Assembly: GCA_051362555.1 (NCBI GenBank)
Contig: CM120641.1
Span: 31,440,401-31,504,400, forward strand
DNA: 64,000 nt
Direction of reading: 5' to 3'
From: Lingula anatina
Lineage: Eukaryota > Animalia > Brachiopoda
This document shows positions 26,511 to 36,662 of this stretch, piece after piece; positions within the stretch are counted from its first letter, which is position 1; the number at the start of each line of letters is the position of its first letter. The notes under the pieces were generated by a model, which was given only the letters and a program-made list of their open reading frames with translations, was not told the origin of the DNA and did not search any database. A program made the translations under genes and the position numbers.

Positions 26511-28500
26511 TACGGTAAAGTCTTGAAAATTTCGTCGTTCTTGAAAATTTCGTCGGCATATGATTTGCCGCCGACGTAATTTTTTTCCCTTTGAAAACTT
26601 CGTCGACCTTAAAAATGAGGTACTTGATAATTTTTGAAAAGTTCGTCACCAAATATGGCCGCGTTGTCCAGCTCAAACATGAAGGTAATGTGTCAGTTGA
26701 TTCAAGACAATGATACGATCAGGATATCATTGCCGATAACACTCTCAATGGGAGATAGGAACAATATTGCGCCCCTGCGAGCGGTTACTCACAATATAGA
26801 TGGTTTAGATGTGGATTCCCGTTCTCAATTGCGGGAACGTCGGCCTTTTGTCTTTAGTTGCATTACTATTACCTGGCTTAAGGTGCATTATCAAGCCGGC
26901 AAATAGAAGTCACAGGCCGCGGCTTTGTCATTTGTAACGCTGTTATTGTTATCGGCGGCTGTCCTAAATGAGGAAGACACAATGAAAAAATCAAGATATT
27001 ATCTCGAAGTGAAATGTACCCGGAAGACACAATGAAAAAGTCAAGATATTATCTCGAAGTGAAATGTACCCGTCACTTCTATTCATGTCCATGTTCAATT
27101 TAGGACCATTACCATTACCTGGCTCGTACATGGAGATCGTTCGCAATGCGAATGGGACGAGATGGCAATTTTCATATCTTCAGCAGAGAATCGTTCGCGT
27201 AATATCGTCAACAGATCATTCGCGATCCAAACAGGACGAGAAGATAATTTTCATATTTGTAGCGGATTCCGTTTGCATAAGATCATCAGCGGGAGATCGT
27301 TTGCGATTCGAGAGAGACGAAAAGGCAGTCTTCATATCTTCAGCGGGAGATCGTTCACGATGTAAGCGAGAATAAAATGCACTTATCATATTTGTTCAAG
27401 GGAACTTCGATCGTGGAAGATCGTCAGCAGGAGATCATTATTTTAAACCCCCCCTCCCCCTTTGAATTTTATAAATAATATTTATTTTTCATTTTATCTT
27501 TAACCCCCCTTCCCCCGCTCACGGCATATCTTCAGCGGAGAATTGATCGCGTAATATCGTCAAGACTTTGTTTGCGTAGGATCGTCAGAGGGAGATCGTT
27601 CGCGATCCGAGCGAGACGAAAAGGCAATTTTCATATCATCATCGGGAGATAGTTCGCGATGTAAGCAAGAATGAAATGCAATTTTCATATTAGTTCAAGG
27701 GATTTAGGGAACTTTGTTCGCGGAAGATCGTCAGCGGGAGATTATTTAACCCCCCCTCACACACACTTTGGATTTTAAAAAAATATTCATTTTCATTTGA
27801 TCTTTAATCCGCCCCCCTTCCCCCGCTCATGGTATATCTTCGGCGGAGAATTGTTCTCGTAATATCCCCAGGACTATGTTCGCGTAAGATCATATCAGAG
27901 GGAGATCGTTCGCGATCCTAGCTTGACGTAAAGGCAATTTTCATATCTTCATTGGGAGATTGTTCACGATGTAAGCAATAATAAAATGCAGTTTTCATAT
28001 TAGTACAAGGAACTTAATTTGCGAACGATCGTCAGCGGGAGATCATTATTTTAAACCCGTCTCCCCCCTTGAATATTATAAATAATACATGTATTTAGTT
28101 TTATCTTTAACCCCCCCTTCCGCGCTCACGGCATATCTTCATCGGAGAATCGTTTGCGTACTATCGGCAGGACTTTGTTCGTGTAAAATCGTCAGAGGGA
28201 GATCGTTCGCGATCCGAGCGAGACGAAAAGGCAATTTTCTTATCATCATTGGGAGATCGTCCGCGATGTAAGCAAGGATGAAATGCAATTTTCATATTAG
28301 TTCAAGGGATTTAGGGAACTTCGTTCGCGGAAGATCGTCAGCGGGAGATCGTTCGCGATCCTTGCTAGACGAAAAGGCAATTTTCACATCTTCATCGGGA
28401 GATTGTTCACGATGTAAGCAATAAAAAAATGCAGTTTTCATATTAGTTCAAGGAACTTAAATTGCGGAAGATCGTCAACGGGAGATCATTATTTTTACTC
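26511..28500. mobile_element. CpG-rich repetitive element with internal tandem subrepeats, probably a non-autonomous DNA transposon with one end lost
   Basis: Abrupt start ta|cggtaaagtcttgaaaatttcgtcg in mid-monomer, a 50-bp direct duplication at ~26972-27071, and repeated atcttcagcgggagatcgttcgcgat units at ~27130-28490. No matching right end was found. Confidence 0.5.
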
Positions 28501-28790
28501 CCTGTAAATCTTTAGGAAGTTACAGATGGTAATTTTAGAAGGCCTGACACTCAATCCTGGGAAAAGCCCTGCATGCAACAAACGTTCCCAAGTGCGTAAT
28601 TTTTTTTAACATGTCGCGTCCAGGTTATGATGCAAGGTTGAGATCAGGATCATGAGAGATTAAGCGTGATTGCGTAGTGATACCAAAAGTCAATTTTCAC
28701 AGACCAAAAATGGCCACTCAGATACACTATTTTGTAAAACATTTTGTAACATTACTTCTTAAGTGGGAGGGGTTTACCATATAGGGTGGG

Positions 28791-28915
28791 CGCTTAATCT
28801 CTCATTATCCTGATAAGGCAGTAGAATTACAATCAAACTTCAACTTGGGTAATTAAGTCTCGTTTAATTTTTTAATTCTACTGCCAATCAGGATCACACT
28901 AGATTAGGCGAGATT
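28791..28915. repeat. DIRS internal complementary region (ICR)
   Basis: 28791-28814 is the reverse complement of 28643-28666 (1 mismatch). 28875-28915 is the reverse complement of 36226-36266 (1 mismatch). The two parts join across a T-run. Confidence 0.9.
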
Positions 28916-29155
28916 TCAAAGCCTTAGTGGACATTGAGGATATTTCCCAAAAAAAATAACGACAAATAACAAGTGTTATTTAAACATTTATGAAAAAACA
29001 GAACAAATTGTGCACATCATGTCTGCATTAGACTCATGCAAAATCTATCAACTACAAAAAAAGAAAACAAAACCCTTTAACCTTACTTAAGCATGTTATT
29101 CTTTGCAGTCCACATTTATCATGTACCTTATCATGTACAATATAATGACACCTAC

Positions 29156-29983
29156 TCACCCCCTCCTTTTTTTCCATTTCAACAAACCGGAGGCATAATC
29201 ACAACTGTCATTTACAGGTTTCTGATAAAATTTCCTAAAAGTACAAGAACTGCTCCAACTTGCAGCTTTCATCACAGAAGCTAAAGGTACACCAGCAAAA
29301 AATGCCCTACTGCTCGATGCTGCTCTGGTACTGTGTGGCTTGTATAATTTTGTGTTTATGCCTGCTTGAGCCATTACAGTTTTGACCCATCTACTAATTG
29401 TTTGTTTAGTAACTGGTTTATGTGGCTTTAAGTAGCTAAGAAACAACTGAGTGCTATCTAAACCAACTCTACAATCTTTAGTTCTAACTAAATATTCTCT
29501 TAAAGTATGAACAGCACATAAAGAAACATTATCCCTAAATCTAGGCAGCATCAACACTGGTTGTTCTCTCCCGGGTTTTGTCTGTTTTACTAATTGATCT
29601 ATGACAAACTGCACACCACTGTGCAAAACCCTTATCTGTCTTAAATTCAGCAGGTGAATAGACTGACATCGTTGTCCAGTTATCAATGCAAGTAACATTA
29701 CCAATTTTAGTGTTAACTTTTTTAAACTAAGTTCTTCTACAGGTGATTGTCTCTCAATGTAATCAAGTACAATATCAACATCCCATGTACACTGGTACCT
29801 AGGTAGTGCTGGTCTAGTCTGAAACACAGCTCTCATGAACCTTTTCACTAAAGGGTGTGAGCCTAGGGAAAAATCTCCATTTAATGTAATAAATGTGGCT
29901 AGAGCTGAGCATGCTGTGTTTATAGCACTGTACTGTAATCCTGAGTCATAAAGTTGAGTGAAAAATTCTAAAATTTCTGGCAT
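29156..29983 (-). CDS. DIRS tyrosine recombinase (C-terminal part; N-terminus separated by the Gypsy insertion)
   Basis: Catalytic residues R (ITGQRCQS), HSTR, W (KAASW) and Y (TFRKFY). Removing 30084-32186 joins it in frame to …EGLSDRTQEIIMC-SWRSGTKKQHQTYINKW… of ORF 32054..32485. Confidence 0.93.
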   Translation of the reverse strand: MPEILEFFTQLYDSGLQYSAINTACSALATFITLNGDFSLGSHPLVKRFMRAVFQTRPALPRYQCTWDVDIVLDYIERQSPVEELSLKKLTLKLVMLLALITGQRCQSIHLLNLRQIRVLHSGVQFVIDQLVKQTKPGREQPVLMLPRFRDNVSLCAVHTLREYLVRTKDCRVGLDSTQLFLSYLKPHKPVTKQTISRWVKTVMAQAGINTKLYKPHSTRAASSSRAFFAGVPLASVMKAASWSSSCTFRKFYQKPVNDSCDYASGLLKWKKRRG

Positions 29984-30083
29984 ATTTGGTTGTAAGTAAT
30001 TGAAATGTCTTTCAGTACAAAAGGCAATCCATTTGTTAATATATGTTTGGTGTTGTTTTTTGGTCCCTGAACGCCATGAACAC

Positions 30084-30224
30084 TGTTATGACTGATTTAA
30101 CATAACTCAATTGAACTCGCCATGTGCTTCTTCCATATACTTTCATTTATTACCACGTCATTCACCAGGTGGTGGCCATGGTCAAGACGCGACCAATCGG
30201 CAGCCACATGCATTGGATACAACA
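30084..30224 (-). repeat. 3' LTR of the Gypsy element
   Basis: tgttatgactgattt…ggatacaaca, a direct repeat of 32041-32181. Confidence 0.95.
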
Positions 30225-32003
30225 TTCCTCATCAATACTCAACTGATGGTACCCCGATCTCAAATCAAGTTTGCTGTATATACTGCAGTCACGTAAATGG
30301 TAAGTGAAGTCTTCAATTATCGGTGCTTGTACACAGCGACTTCTTTTCATGCCTTGATTGGGTATCCTCATATCAATGCTTGCACGGATCATGTGTGGTT
30401 CTAGCTTCCCACGAACTGAAGTGTACTTGGGTTTAGGTTGTACTACGAGCGGTGAACACCATGTTATTGCTTCTCCTTCAGGGACTTTCTCATAAATACC
30501 TTCTTCTTCCCCTTGCTCTAAGAATTCTTTTAAAGGGTCTAAGAGGTGAAAAGCTACATGTCTCGGTTTCTGAGCAACTGGATTGACATCTGTCTCCATT
30601 TCCAGTTTTACTTCAATGGGTGCTCCTGACTTAGGGTCTTTGGCATGCCCGATACCTGTGAACACATCCTTGTATTCATCTAAGATTTTCTGAACATCTG
30701 TTTTGTCTTCTTTGACTACTTTAATCTTCAAGTCATTTTCTTCTTTAAGAGAGCCGTCTTCCCTTATTTCCATCATTCCTAAGTCTTCTAGTGTTTTTCT
30801 GCCTATCAGTGGTTTACACCCCAAATGTCCCTTGATGACAATGAATTTTGAGATGGTCCCCCGTGTGCTATTCTGAATGGTCACTGGGCACTCACCTAGA
30901 ACGATTAGCTCTGATTGTATAGTTTTCAGTTTTTCTTTCGATGGTTTCAGGGTTGTGTCTGATCTTCTGCTTAGATGTTTGAATTGATGTTCATCCATTA
31001 CATTAGTGGCAGCACCACTGTCTGGTTCACACTCACATGTAATGTCATTTATTCTCACCTCTATTGTCTCTCCCACATGTTCTTGTTTGATTCGGTGGAC
31101 ATGCACAGTTTTTATGAAATCCCCATTGTCTGATTCAGAGCTATCTTCTAACTCTGTTTTCTTCACCATTTTTCTGCCTCTGTACGCAGTTGGCTTGTCA
31201 CTTGGTTTCTGAGTTTTGCACACTTTCTGGAAATGATTCCACTTGCTGCATTTAAAACACTGTTTTCCACTAGCGGGACATTTATCTCTGTTATGAATTT
31301 GTCCTCCACATCTAGAACACTGCAATCTTGAGCTTGGATTAATGGGTTTTTTCATCAGTTGCGGGTATCTTCTTTTAGGTTTGACGCTGACTCCATCCGA
31401 GATTTTTGCCACTTTAAATTCATTTCTCATATTGTCAACTTCTTTGTTTAAATCTTCTTTCTGGCTCACTTCTTGGATTAAGGTTTCTAAGTTCCAATTT
31501 CTTTGAATGGCTTTAGTTACGATCTGTTTATCATCCATAGTCTGAATTATCCTTTCTAAAATACGAGCGTCTGCATTCTCACCAAAATCACAATGTTCAG
31601 CTTTTTCTCTCAACCTGGCAGTGAATGAAGCTATGGTTTCTCCTGGGATCCTTGTTGTTTTATTGAATACATATACACTATGCATTTTATTTTGCTTCGG
31701 TTTATAGTGAAGGTTCAGTTTTCGTACCTCCTTCTGGTATGCACTTTCTTCATCTTCAATTACTGGAGGATCTGGTAAGTATTTTATTTTGTTTCTTATC
31801 TCTTTCCCACCGTAGCGCCTAAGGCAAGTTACCTTGTCTGCTTCTTGCACTTTTTGCAACTGCATTTCTTCTTCGAATTCCTCCAGCCATGTTTCCCATG
31901 CTGGTCCGGTATTTAGTCGATTTTCCGGTGGATTAAACGGTGTGACGTGCAGAACAATTCCTGCCATGTGGATGTATTGAATCGGCGGTTCTCCCTGTGC
32001 CAT
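30162..32003 (-). CDS. Gypsy Gag + aspartic protease + truncated RT (613 aa, open)
   Basis: Zinc knuckles CSRCGGQIHNRDKC and CFKCSKWNHFQKVC, protease DSGA, and RT start WCSPLVVQPK…YSKLDLRSGYHQL. It then runs directly into the LTR with no YxDD, RNase H or integrase. Confidence 0.93.
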   Translation of the reverse strand: MAQGEPPIQYIHMAGIVLHVTPFNPPENRLNTGPAWETWLEEFEEEMQLQKVQEADKVTCLRRYGGKEIRNKIKYLPDPPVIEDEESAYQKEVRKLNLHYKPKQNKMHSVYVFNKTTRIPGETIASFTARLREKAEHCDFGENADARILERIIQTMDDKQIVTKAIQRNWNLETLIQEVSQKEDLNKEVDNMRNEFKVAKISDGVSVKPKRRYPQLMKKPINPSSRLQCSRCGGQIHNRDKCPASGKQCFKCSKWNHFQKVCKTQKPSDKPTAYRGRKMVKKTELEDSSESDNGDFIKTVHVHRIKQEHVGETIEVRINDITCECEPDSGAATNVMDEHQFKHLSRRSDTTLKPSKEKLKTIQSELIVLGECPVTIQNSTRGTISKFIVIKGHLGCKPLIGRKTLEDLGMMEIREDGSLKEENDLKIKVVKEDKTDVQKILDEYKDVFTGIGHAKDPKSGAPIEVKLEMETDVNPVAQKPRHVAFHLLDPLKEFLEQGEEEGIYEKVPEGEAITWCSPLVVQPKPKYTSVRGKLEPHMIRASIDMRIPNQGMKRSRCVQAPIIEDFTYHLRDCSIYSKLDLRSGYHQLSIDEECCIQCMWLPIGRVLTMATTW

Positions 32004-32021
32004 GTTAGTATTTCTATTTCT

Positions 32022-32039
32022 ATCCCGTCCTCGTCGCCA
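32022..32039 (-). promoter_or_regulatory. Primer-binding site complementary to the 3' end of tRNA-Ser(GCU)
   Basis: The minus strand reads TGGCGACGAGGACGGGAT 1 nt inside the 5' LTR. The plus strand atcccgtcctcgtcgcca resembles the 3' end of animal tRNA-Ser(GCU) (recalled, not searched). Confidence 0.8.
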
Positions 32040-32040
32040 A

Positions 32041-32181
32041 TGTTATGACCGATTTAACATAACTCAATTGAACTCGCCATGTGCTTCTTCCATATACTTT
32101 CATTTATTACCACGTCATTCACCAGGTGGTGGCCATGGTCAAGACGCGACCAATCGGCAGCCACATGCATTGGATACAACA
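32041..32181 (-). repeat. 5' LTR of the Gypsy element
   Basis: tgttatgaccgattt…ggatacaaca, adjacent to the PBS. Confidence 0.95.
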
Positions 32182-32186
32182 AACAC

Positions 32187-32673
32187 ATGATAATTTCCTG
32201 AGTTCTGTCTGATAATCCTTCCCTTTGTAAGTTTTCCCTGATAAGTGACAAACCACCAACTGCATTTTTCTCCAAAGAGGGTGGACTTGGTGGAGGCTGT
32301 GTGGCAGATGTAACAGGTTCTGTCGCCGTGGTAGGAGCACTGGTGGCTGCACCAACAAATGCAGGAGCTGTGTATACCATGTCTGCGTGGGCCAGTCTGG
32401 AGCTACCAGGAGTACATCTGCCTGGTCTTGCATTATCTTCTGAAGCACACTCTGTAGAATACTGAAAGGTGGAAAAGCATAACAAAGGTTATAGTTATTC
32501 CAGTCATGAACAAAAGCATCAGTCCCTACAGATAAAGGATCAGCTCTCCATGAGAAAAAAGTGTCAACTTGGAATGAAAGCTGCAAAGCAAACAAGTCAA
32601 CTTCTGGTACTGCAAAATGTTTACATATGTTACTGAACACTTTTTTTATGCAAAGTCCATTCAGTGCAGTCAT
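32187..32673 (-). pseudogene. DIRS DNA N6-adenine methyltransferase-like domain
   Basis: Motifs PEVDLFA, DAFVHDW, YAFPPF and LVAPDWPTQTWY, the characteristic MT domain after RNase H in DIRS1-group pol. It is frameshifted relative to the RNase H ORF. Confidence 0.85.
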
Positions 32674-33574
32674 TGAACTTGCGTGATTCCCTGTCTGCCT
32701 GTGTGTTTTCTACTCCGGGAATGTGAGAAGCACTGACCCAAATATTCTTAGATATGCACCACTGCCATATAGTTTTTGCGATATGATTACACTGTACAGA
32801 ATGGGTGCCACCCATGTTTTTGAGGTACGCCACTGCTGTTGAATTGTCTATTTCTATCAAAATGTGACAGTTTTTTAGACGTCCACATAATGACTGTAAC
32901 CTAAGAAAAATGGCTTTCAGTTCTAGAAAGTTAATATGCTCATTCCTTTCAGTTTCAAGCCAGTGCCCCCCTGTTGTCTTATCTCTCATAGCAGCGCCCC
33001 AGCCTGCTAAAGAAGGGTCAGTTTGGAGAGTGGTCACTGGATTGCCATGAGAAATTTTCCTTGGAAAGAGAGCCATGTCAAACCACCATTTAATGTCATC
33101 AACAGACGACTGAGAAAGGGATACCAGGGCATCAAAATTACCTATAGACATTTTAAGCACAGCTATTTTTTCAATTTCCAAACTTTTGTAATGAAGTTCA
33201 CCATATTCCACACCTGGCAGACAGGAAACCATTGTGCCTATTAACTGAGCTACCTCTTGTATAGAACAGTTTCCTTGAGAGTTCTTTTTAATGATCTTAT
33301 TACCAAGTGTCACCATGTTACATTGCTTTTCTTCATTGACTGTCACATGCATGTTTTTTGAGTCCAAGATAAAACCTAAATGTTCTATGTTCTGTGCAGG
33401 GGTAAATTTCGACTTTTCTTGATGTACAATAAATCCAAGACTTTCCAACAATCCCATGGTATTTTGCACACTTTCTTGACACCCAGTATATGTACTAGAT
33501 TGCAAATACAAATCATCTAAATAACAGGAGACAATATGCCCAGCTCTCCTAAGTGAGACCAGCACAGGTTTCAT
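32630..33574 (-). pseudogene. DIRS RT C-terminal half + RNase H
   Basis: RT motifs YLDD and HLGF; RNase H motifs QTDPSLAGWGA, HINFLELKAI, IDNSTAV and NTQADRESR. Confidence 0.92.
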
Positions 33575-33750
33575 TAACTTGGTAAAGTACAGGGGTGCAC
33601 ATGACAGGCCATTCGGGAGAGCTGTATACTGGTAGAGTTTATCATTCCACCTAAATCTTAGGTATTTTTGGAAAGATGGGTCAACAGGTACAGAGTAGAT
33701 CCAGCAGATCCAGTGATGCCATATAGCAATTTTTTGTCATGCTGTTAATG

Positions 33751-34162
33751 TACCCTCTACCAGGGTCGCATTTATTATGTGGACATTTCTTGCTGATGGA
33801 CCCTGTTGAGTTTGACCATGAGGAAACAATTATCTCTGCGCGCGCGCCAAAGGCTTTGTACTCACTCTGCATGAGCTGAGCTGCACAACAATGTGACAAC
33901 TGCTCGTTACGCAACCAGTCTAAGGCTTTTTATCTGTCACAGAAGAGCAAGTGATTAAAGTCAGGCAATTAACTGTCTTGATTGCTGTCAAGCAGACTTA
34001 GAATGGCCCTGCCAAGTGGCAGTGCGCAAACAATTACCAGCCATGTAATCAGCCTTGAGATTTATGAACAGGGTGACATCAGACCAAAATGACTGTCTAT
34101 TTATCTAGAGACATATCGGTTGATATCTGTGAAAAATCAATATATCGCCCTGGTAGAGGGTA
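33751..34162. mobile_element. 412-bp non-autonomous TIR DNA transposon nested in DIRS RT
   Basis: TIRs taccctctaccaggg / ccctggtagagggta and a perfect 9-bp TSD ctgttaatg (33742-33750, 34163-34171). Removal restores FKMETVHSCINSMTKNCYMASLDL. Confidence 0.92.
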
Positions 34163-34674
34163 CTGTTAATGCAACTATGTACAGTTTCCATCTTAAAGTG
34201 ATGATAAGCTATGAACAGATTGAGTTTTTTCAAATTAAGGATCATCCTAAAAGTCCCATCTTTCTTTGGTCTCAAAAATACTGTTGATATAAACTGGCCT
34301 GGCTCATCTTGGCATTCAATGAGAACTCCTTTAGAGAGCAATTTATCAACCTCTGAATTAATGGCCTCAGTTTCTACTCTATTGAATGTGAGTGATTTAG
34401 GTTCAGAGATTTGAGCAGGTGTTTCAAGAAATTCAAATGTGCAACCCTCTACAAAAGCCAAGATAGTTTTATCACTGGTTAGTTGTCTCCATTCATGGAG
34501 AAAATGTTGAATATTCCCAGCAATCTTGCTACACTCTGTGACAGTCACTGAAGTGATATGAGCATACTTAACTTTACTCACATTTATTTTTTGTTGTTGC
34601 TGGTGTATGGCCTCTGGTTTTGGCTGTTGTAACCTGGACGGTTGTTGAACACGGGTGGAGCTGTCTTTTTCCAA
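34163..34674 (-). pseudogene. DIRS RT N-terminal part
   Basis: Motifs IAGNIQHFLHEWRQL, EVDKLLSKGV, FLRPKKDGTFRMILNLKKLN and FKMET. It overlaps the end of gag, as is typical for DIRS. Confidence 0.9.
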
Positions 34675-36009
34675 GCCACATTGGCTCGCCCTTGGCCTAA
34701 AAAAGGCCTTGTGCTGTTTGATGATTGGCCATACTTGAAATGAGAGTAAGCAGCCTGAAAAGGATGGAAACGCCGTGTTCCTCTACCACGCAAGCTGGAC
34801 TTTGTCACTTTTAAAGCAAGTTTCTTGGTTTCAAGTGATTCCTTTACATTTTTGCTCAGGTCATCACCGAACAGTTCTTGTGAAACAGGATTGCTTGGAG
34901 CGCACAGGGATTTCATAACCTCTGAATTGAGTTCTGGTCTGATAAGTTCTCTCCTCCTCATGTTTATGTCATGGGCAACAGAGGTAATAAGGGCTAAACC
35001 GCTTGTTAAACCTGGGAGGACTGTCTCAGCTTTTAATGGTGATTCACACGACTCGCTTTGCAGGGAGATTAGCAGCTGGTTAGTCAGTTCTACAAAAGGT
35101 GTCAACCCACTGTACAGAGTTGATAACATATTCTGATATTTCAAGTCTCTATGTTTGGTTTCAGTTTTGAGATCATACCAAATTTCAAAATTTACCTTTG
35201 ATGGTGTCATAGTTTTGCAGTTTTCTGGTCTATTGAACTGTTTTGCCCTTGTTGCCACTTTATCATCACTCATTCCGTGGTAGCCAACATAGTTTAAAAT
35301 TTCAGCTAGTTTATCCAGCACTGGAGGACCACAATTGTCCATTTTCATGAGATCATTTGAAAGTTCATTAAGAACATCATCTGCCTGTTTTTGATCACTT
35401 GTTGCATTGGCACAAGAAATGGGCTTACTAGTACTACAGTCAGCATGGCTTTCTGCATCTGAGTCATTTTCTAGCTGTATATGACATACCTCTGGCTCCA
35501 ATTCACCTTCTTCCATTAATTGGCTCAAGAGTTTTGAAATCTTTCAGCTCCTTTATGACTGGAGCAAGACCGGTCATCATATCTGTCAACTGACCCATTT
35601 GTTCTCGCAGTGCAACGATATCACGACGACTAGCAGAATCTTCTTTCTGTGATTTGCGTGAACTAGATGTGGAAGAAGTAGAGGAATGGTGCTTACCATC
35701 CTGATTGTGCTTTTGCTTAGAACTGTGTGGGCTAGGCCCATCAGTTGAGCTGTCTCCTTTGACAGCCTTGCGAGCATGCGGGCGAGCACCAGTGTCGCCA
35801 TTTTGTTCATTTGTTGTTTCATGTGTACTTATTTTCCAACTGTTCGCTATTTCAGAGGGAGGTTTTGTTGCACTTGACGATGCCAGTGGCATCTTAACAT
35901 AGCCCACTTGCTTCAGTTGCAACTGTTCCTCAACAGGCTTTACCAAAGTATCCATATCCGACAAAATAGTGGATGTTAAGTCTGAACATTTTACTGTCTC
36001 AACAGCCAT
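34584..36009 (-). pseudogene. DIRS ORF1 (gag-like), present as two overlapping ORFs (35503-36009 and 34584-35528)
   Basis: Located upstream of RT. Motifs RPENC…KVNFEIW, RRRELIRPEL and ELFGDDL are typical of DIRS ORF1. A probable frameshift lies near 35510. Confidence 0.8.
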
Positions 36010-36266
36010 AGTTCAGTTGGCGATATTCCATGCACGCATGCACTGGAGCCATTCAGTTATCGTATTAAAAACATTTAGTACCACTTGTTGTACTGCACGC
36101 ATGCAATACTGGCACACTAAGCACAAACTAATCTTCAATTTTTCGTAAAACCTCTTCGTCCTGTAAAAAATACTTCTGACTCGAAAAAAAAGTCAACAAC
36201 GCATTGACTTTTGGTATCACTATGCAATCTCGCCTAATCTCGTGTGATCCTGATTGGCAGTAGAAT

Positions 36267-36550
36267 ATCACATTTGATGTTTCTTTGGAGACTGAATGAT
36301 ATATTGAATGATATATATGATATATTGGCGTATTAAAATATTTGTTTTCAATAATTCTCACTCTTCTCATACAAATTGCCAATAAGCTACACTTCTGTTA
36401 CACACAGTCAACTGATAAGCTTATCACAGATATCTGCAGTTGTTAAATGTCATTTTTTCAAAATTAAAAAGAAATAAAATATAACTGACAAAATTGTTAA
36501 TATTTAATTATATTCATGATGGTAATTTTGATACATTTTAAGTCTTATTG
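36267..36550. repeat. Diverged satellite/cassette-extension remnant
   Basis: atttgatgttt…ataattctcactcttctcatacaaa…cacacagtcaactgataagcttatcacaga matches the cassette extension plus monomer of the main array. Confidence 0.8.
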
Positions 36551-36662
36551 CACATTGTTCTCTGCCACCACGTCACTGTTACTGCTTCTCCTCTTAAACT
36601 ATAAGAGACCATGTATCCATCTCTTGTATGTAGGTCAGATATAATCTCAACTTGATCCATGT

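Larger units (their letters stand above)
30084..32181 (-). mobile_element. Internally deleted Ty3/Gypsy LTR retrotransposon (Mag-like) nested in DIRS
   Basis: Two 141-bp TG…CA LTRs (30084-30224, 32041-32181; one difference seen), a 5-bp TSD aacac (30079-30083, 32182-32186), a PBS and a gag-protease-partial RT ORF. Confidence 0.95.
28643..36266 (-). mobile_element. DIRS1-type tyrosine-recombinase retrotransposon
   Basis: Order gag, RT, RNase H, methyltransferase-like, YR on the minus strand. Inverted terminal repeats at ~28643-28694 and ~36203-36266, and an internal complementary region at 28791-28915. Confidence 0.95.

Noticed and set aside
29156-32673. Phage or prokaryotic integrase plus Dam methylase island (horizontal transfer or contamination)
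   Set aside because: Both are standard DIRS1 domains, here linked to gag/RT/RNase H, ITRs and an ICR.
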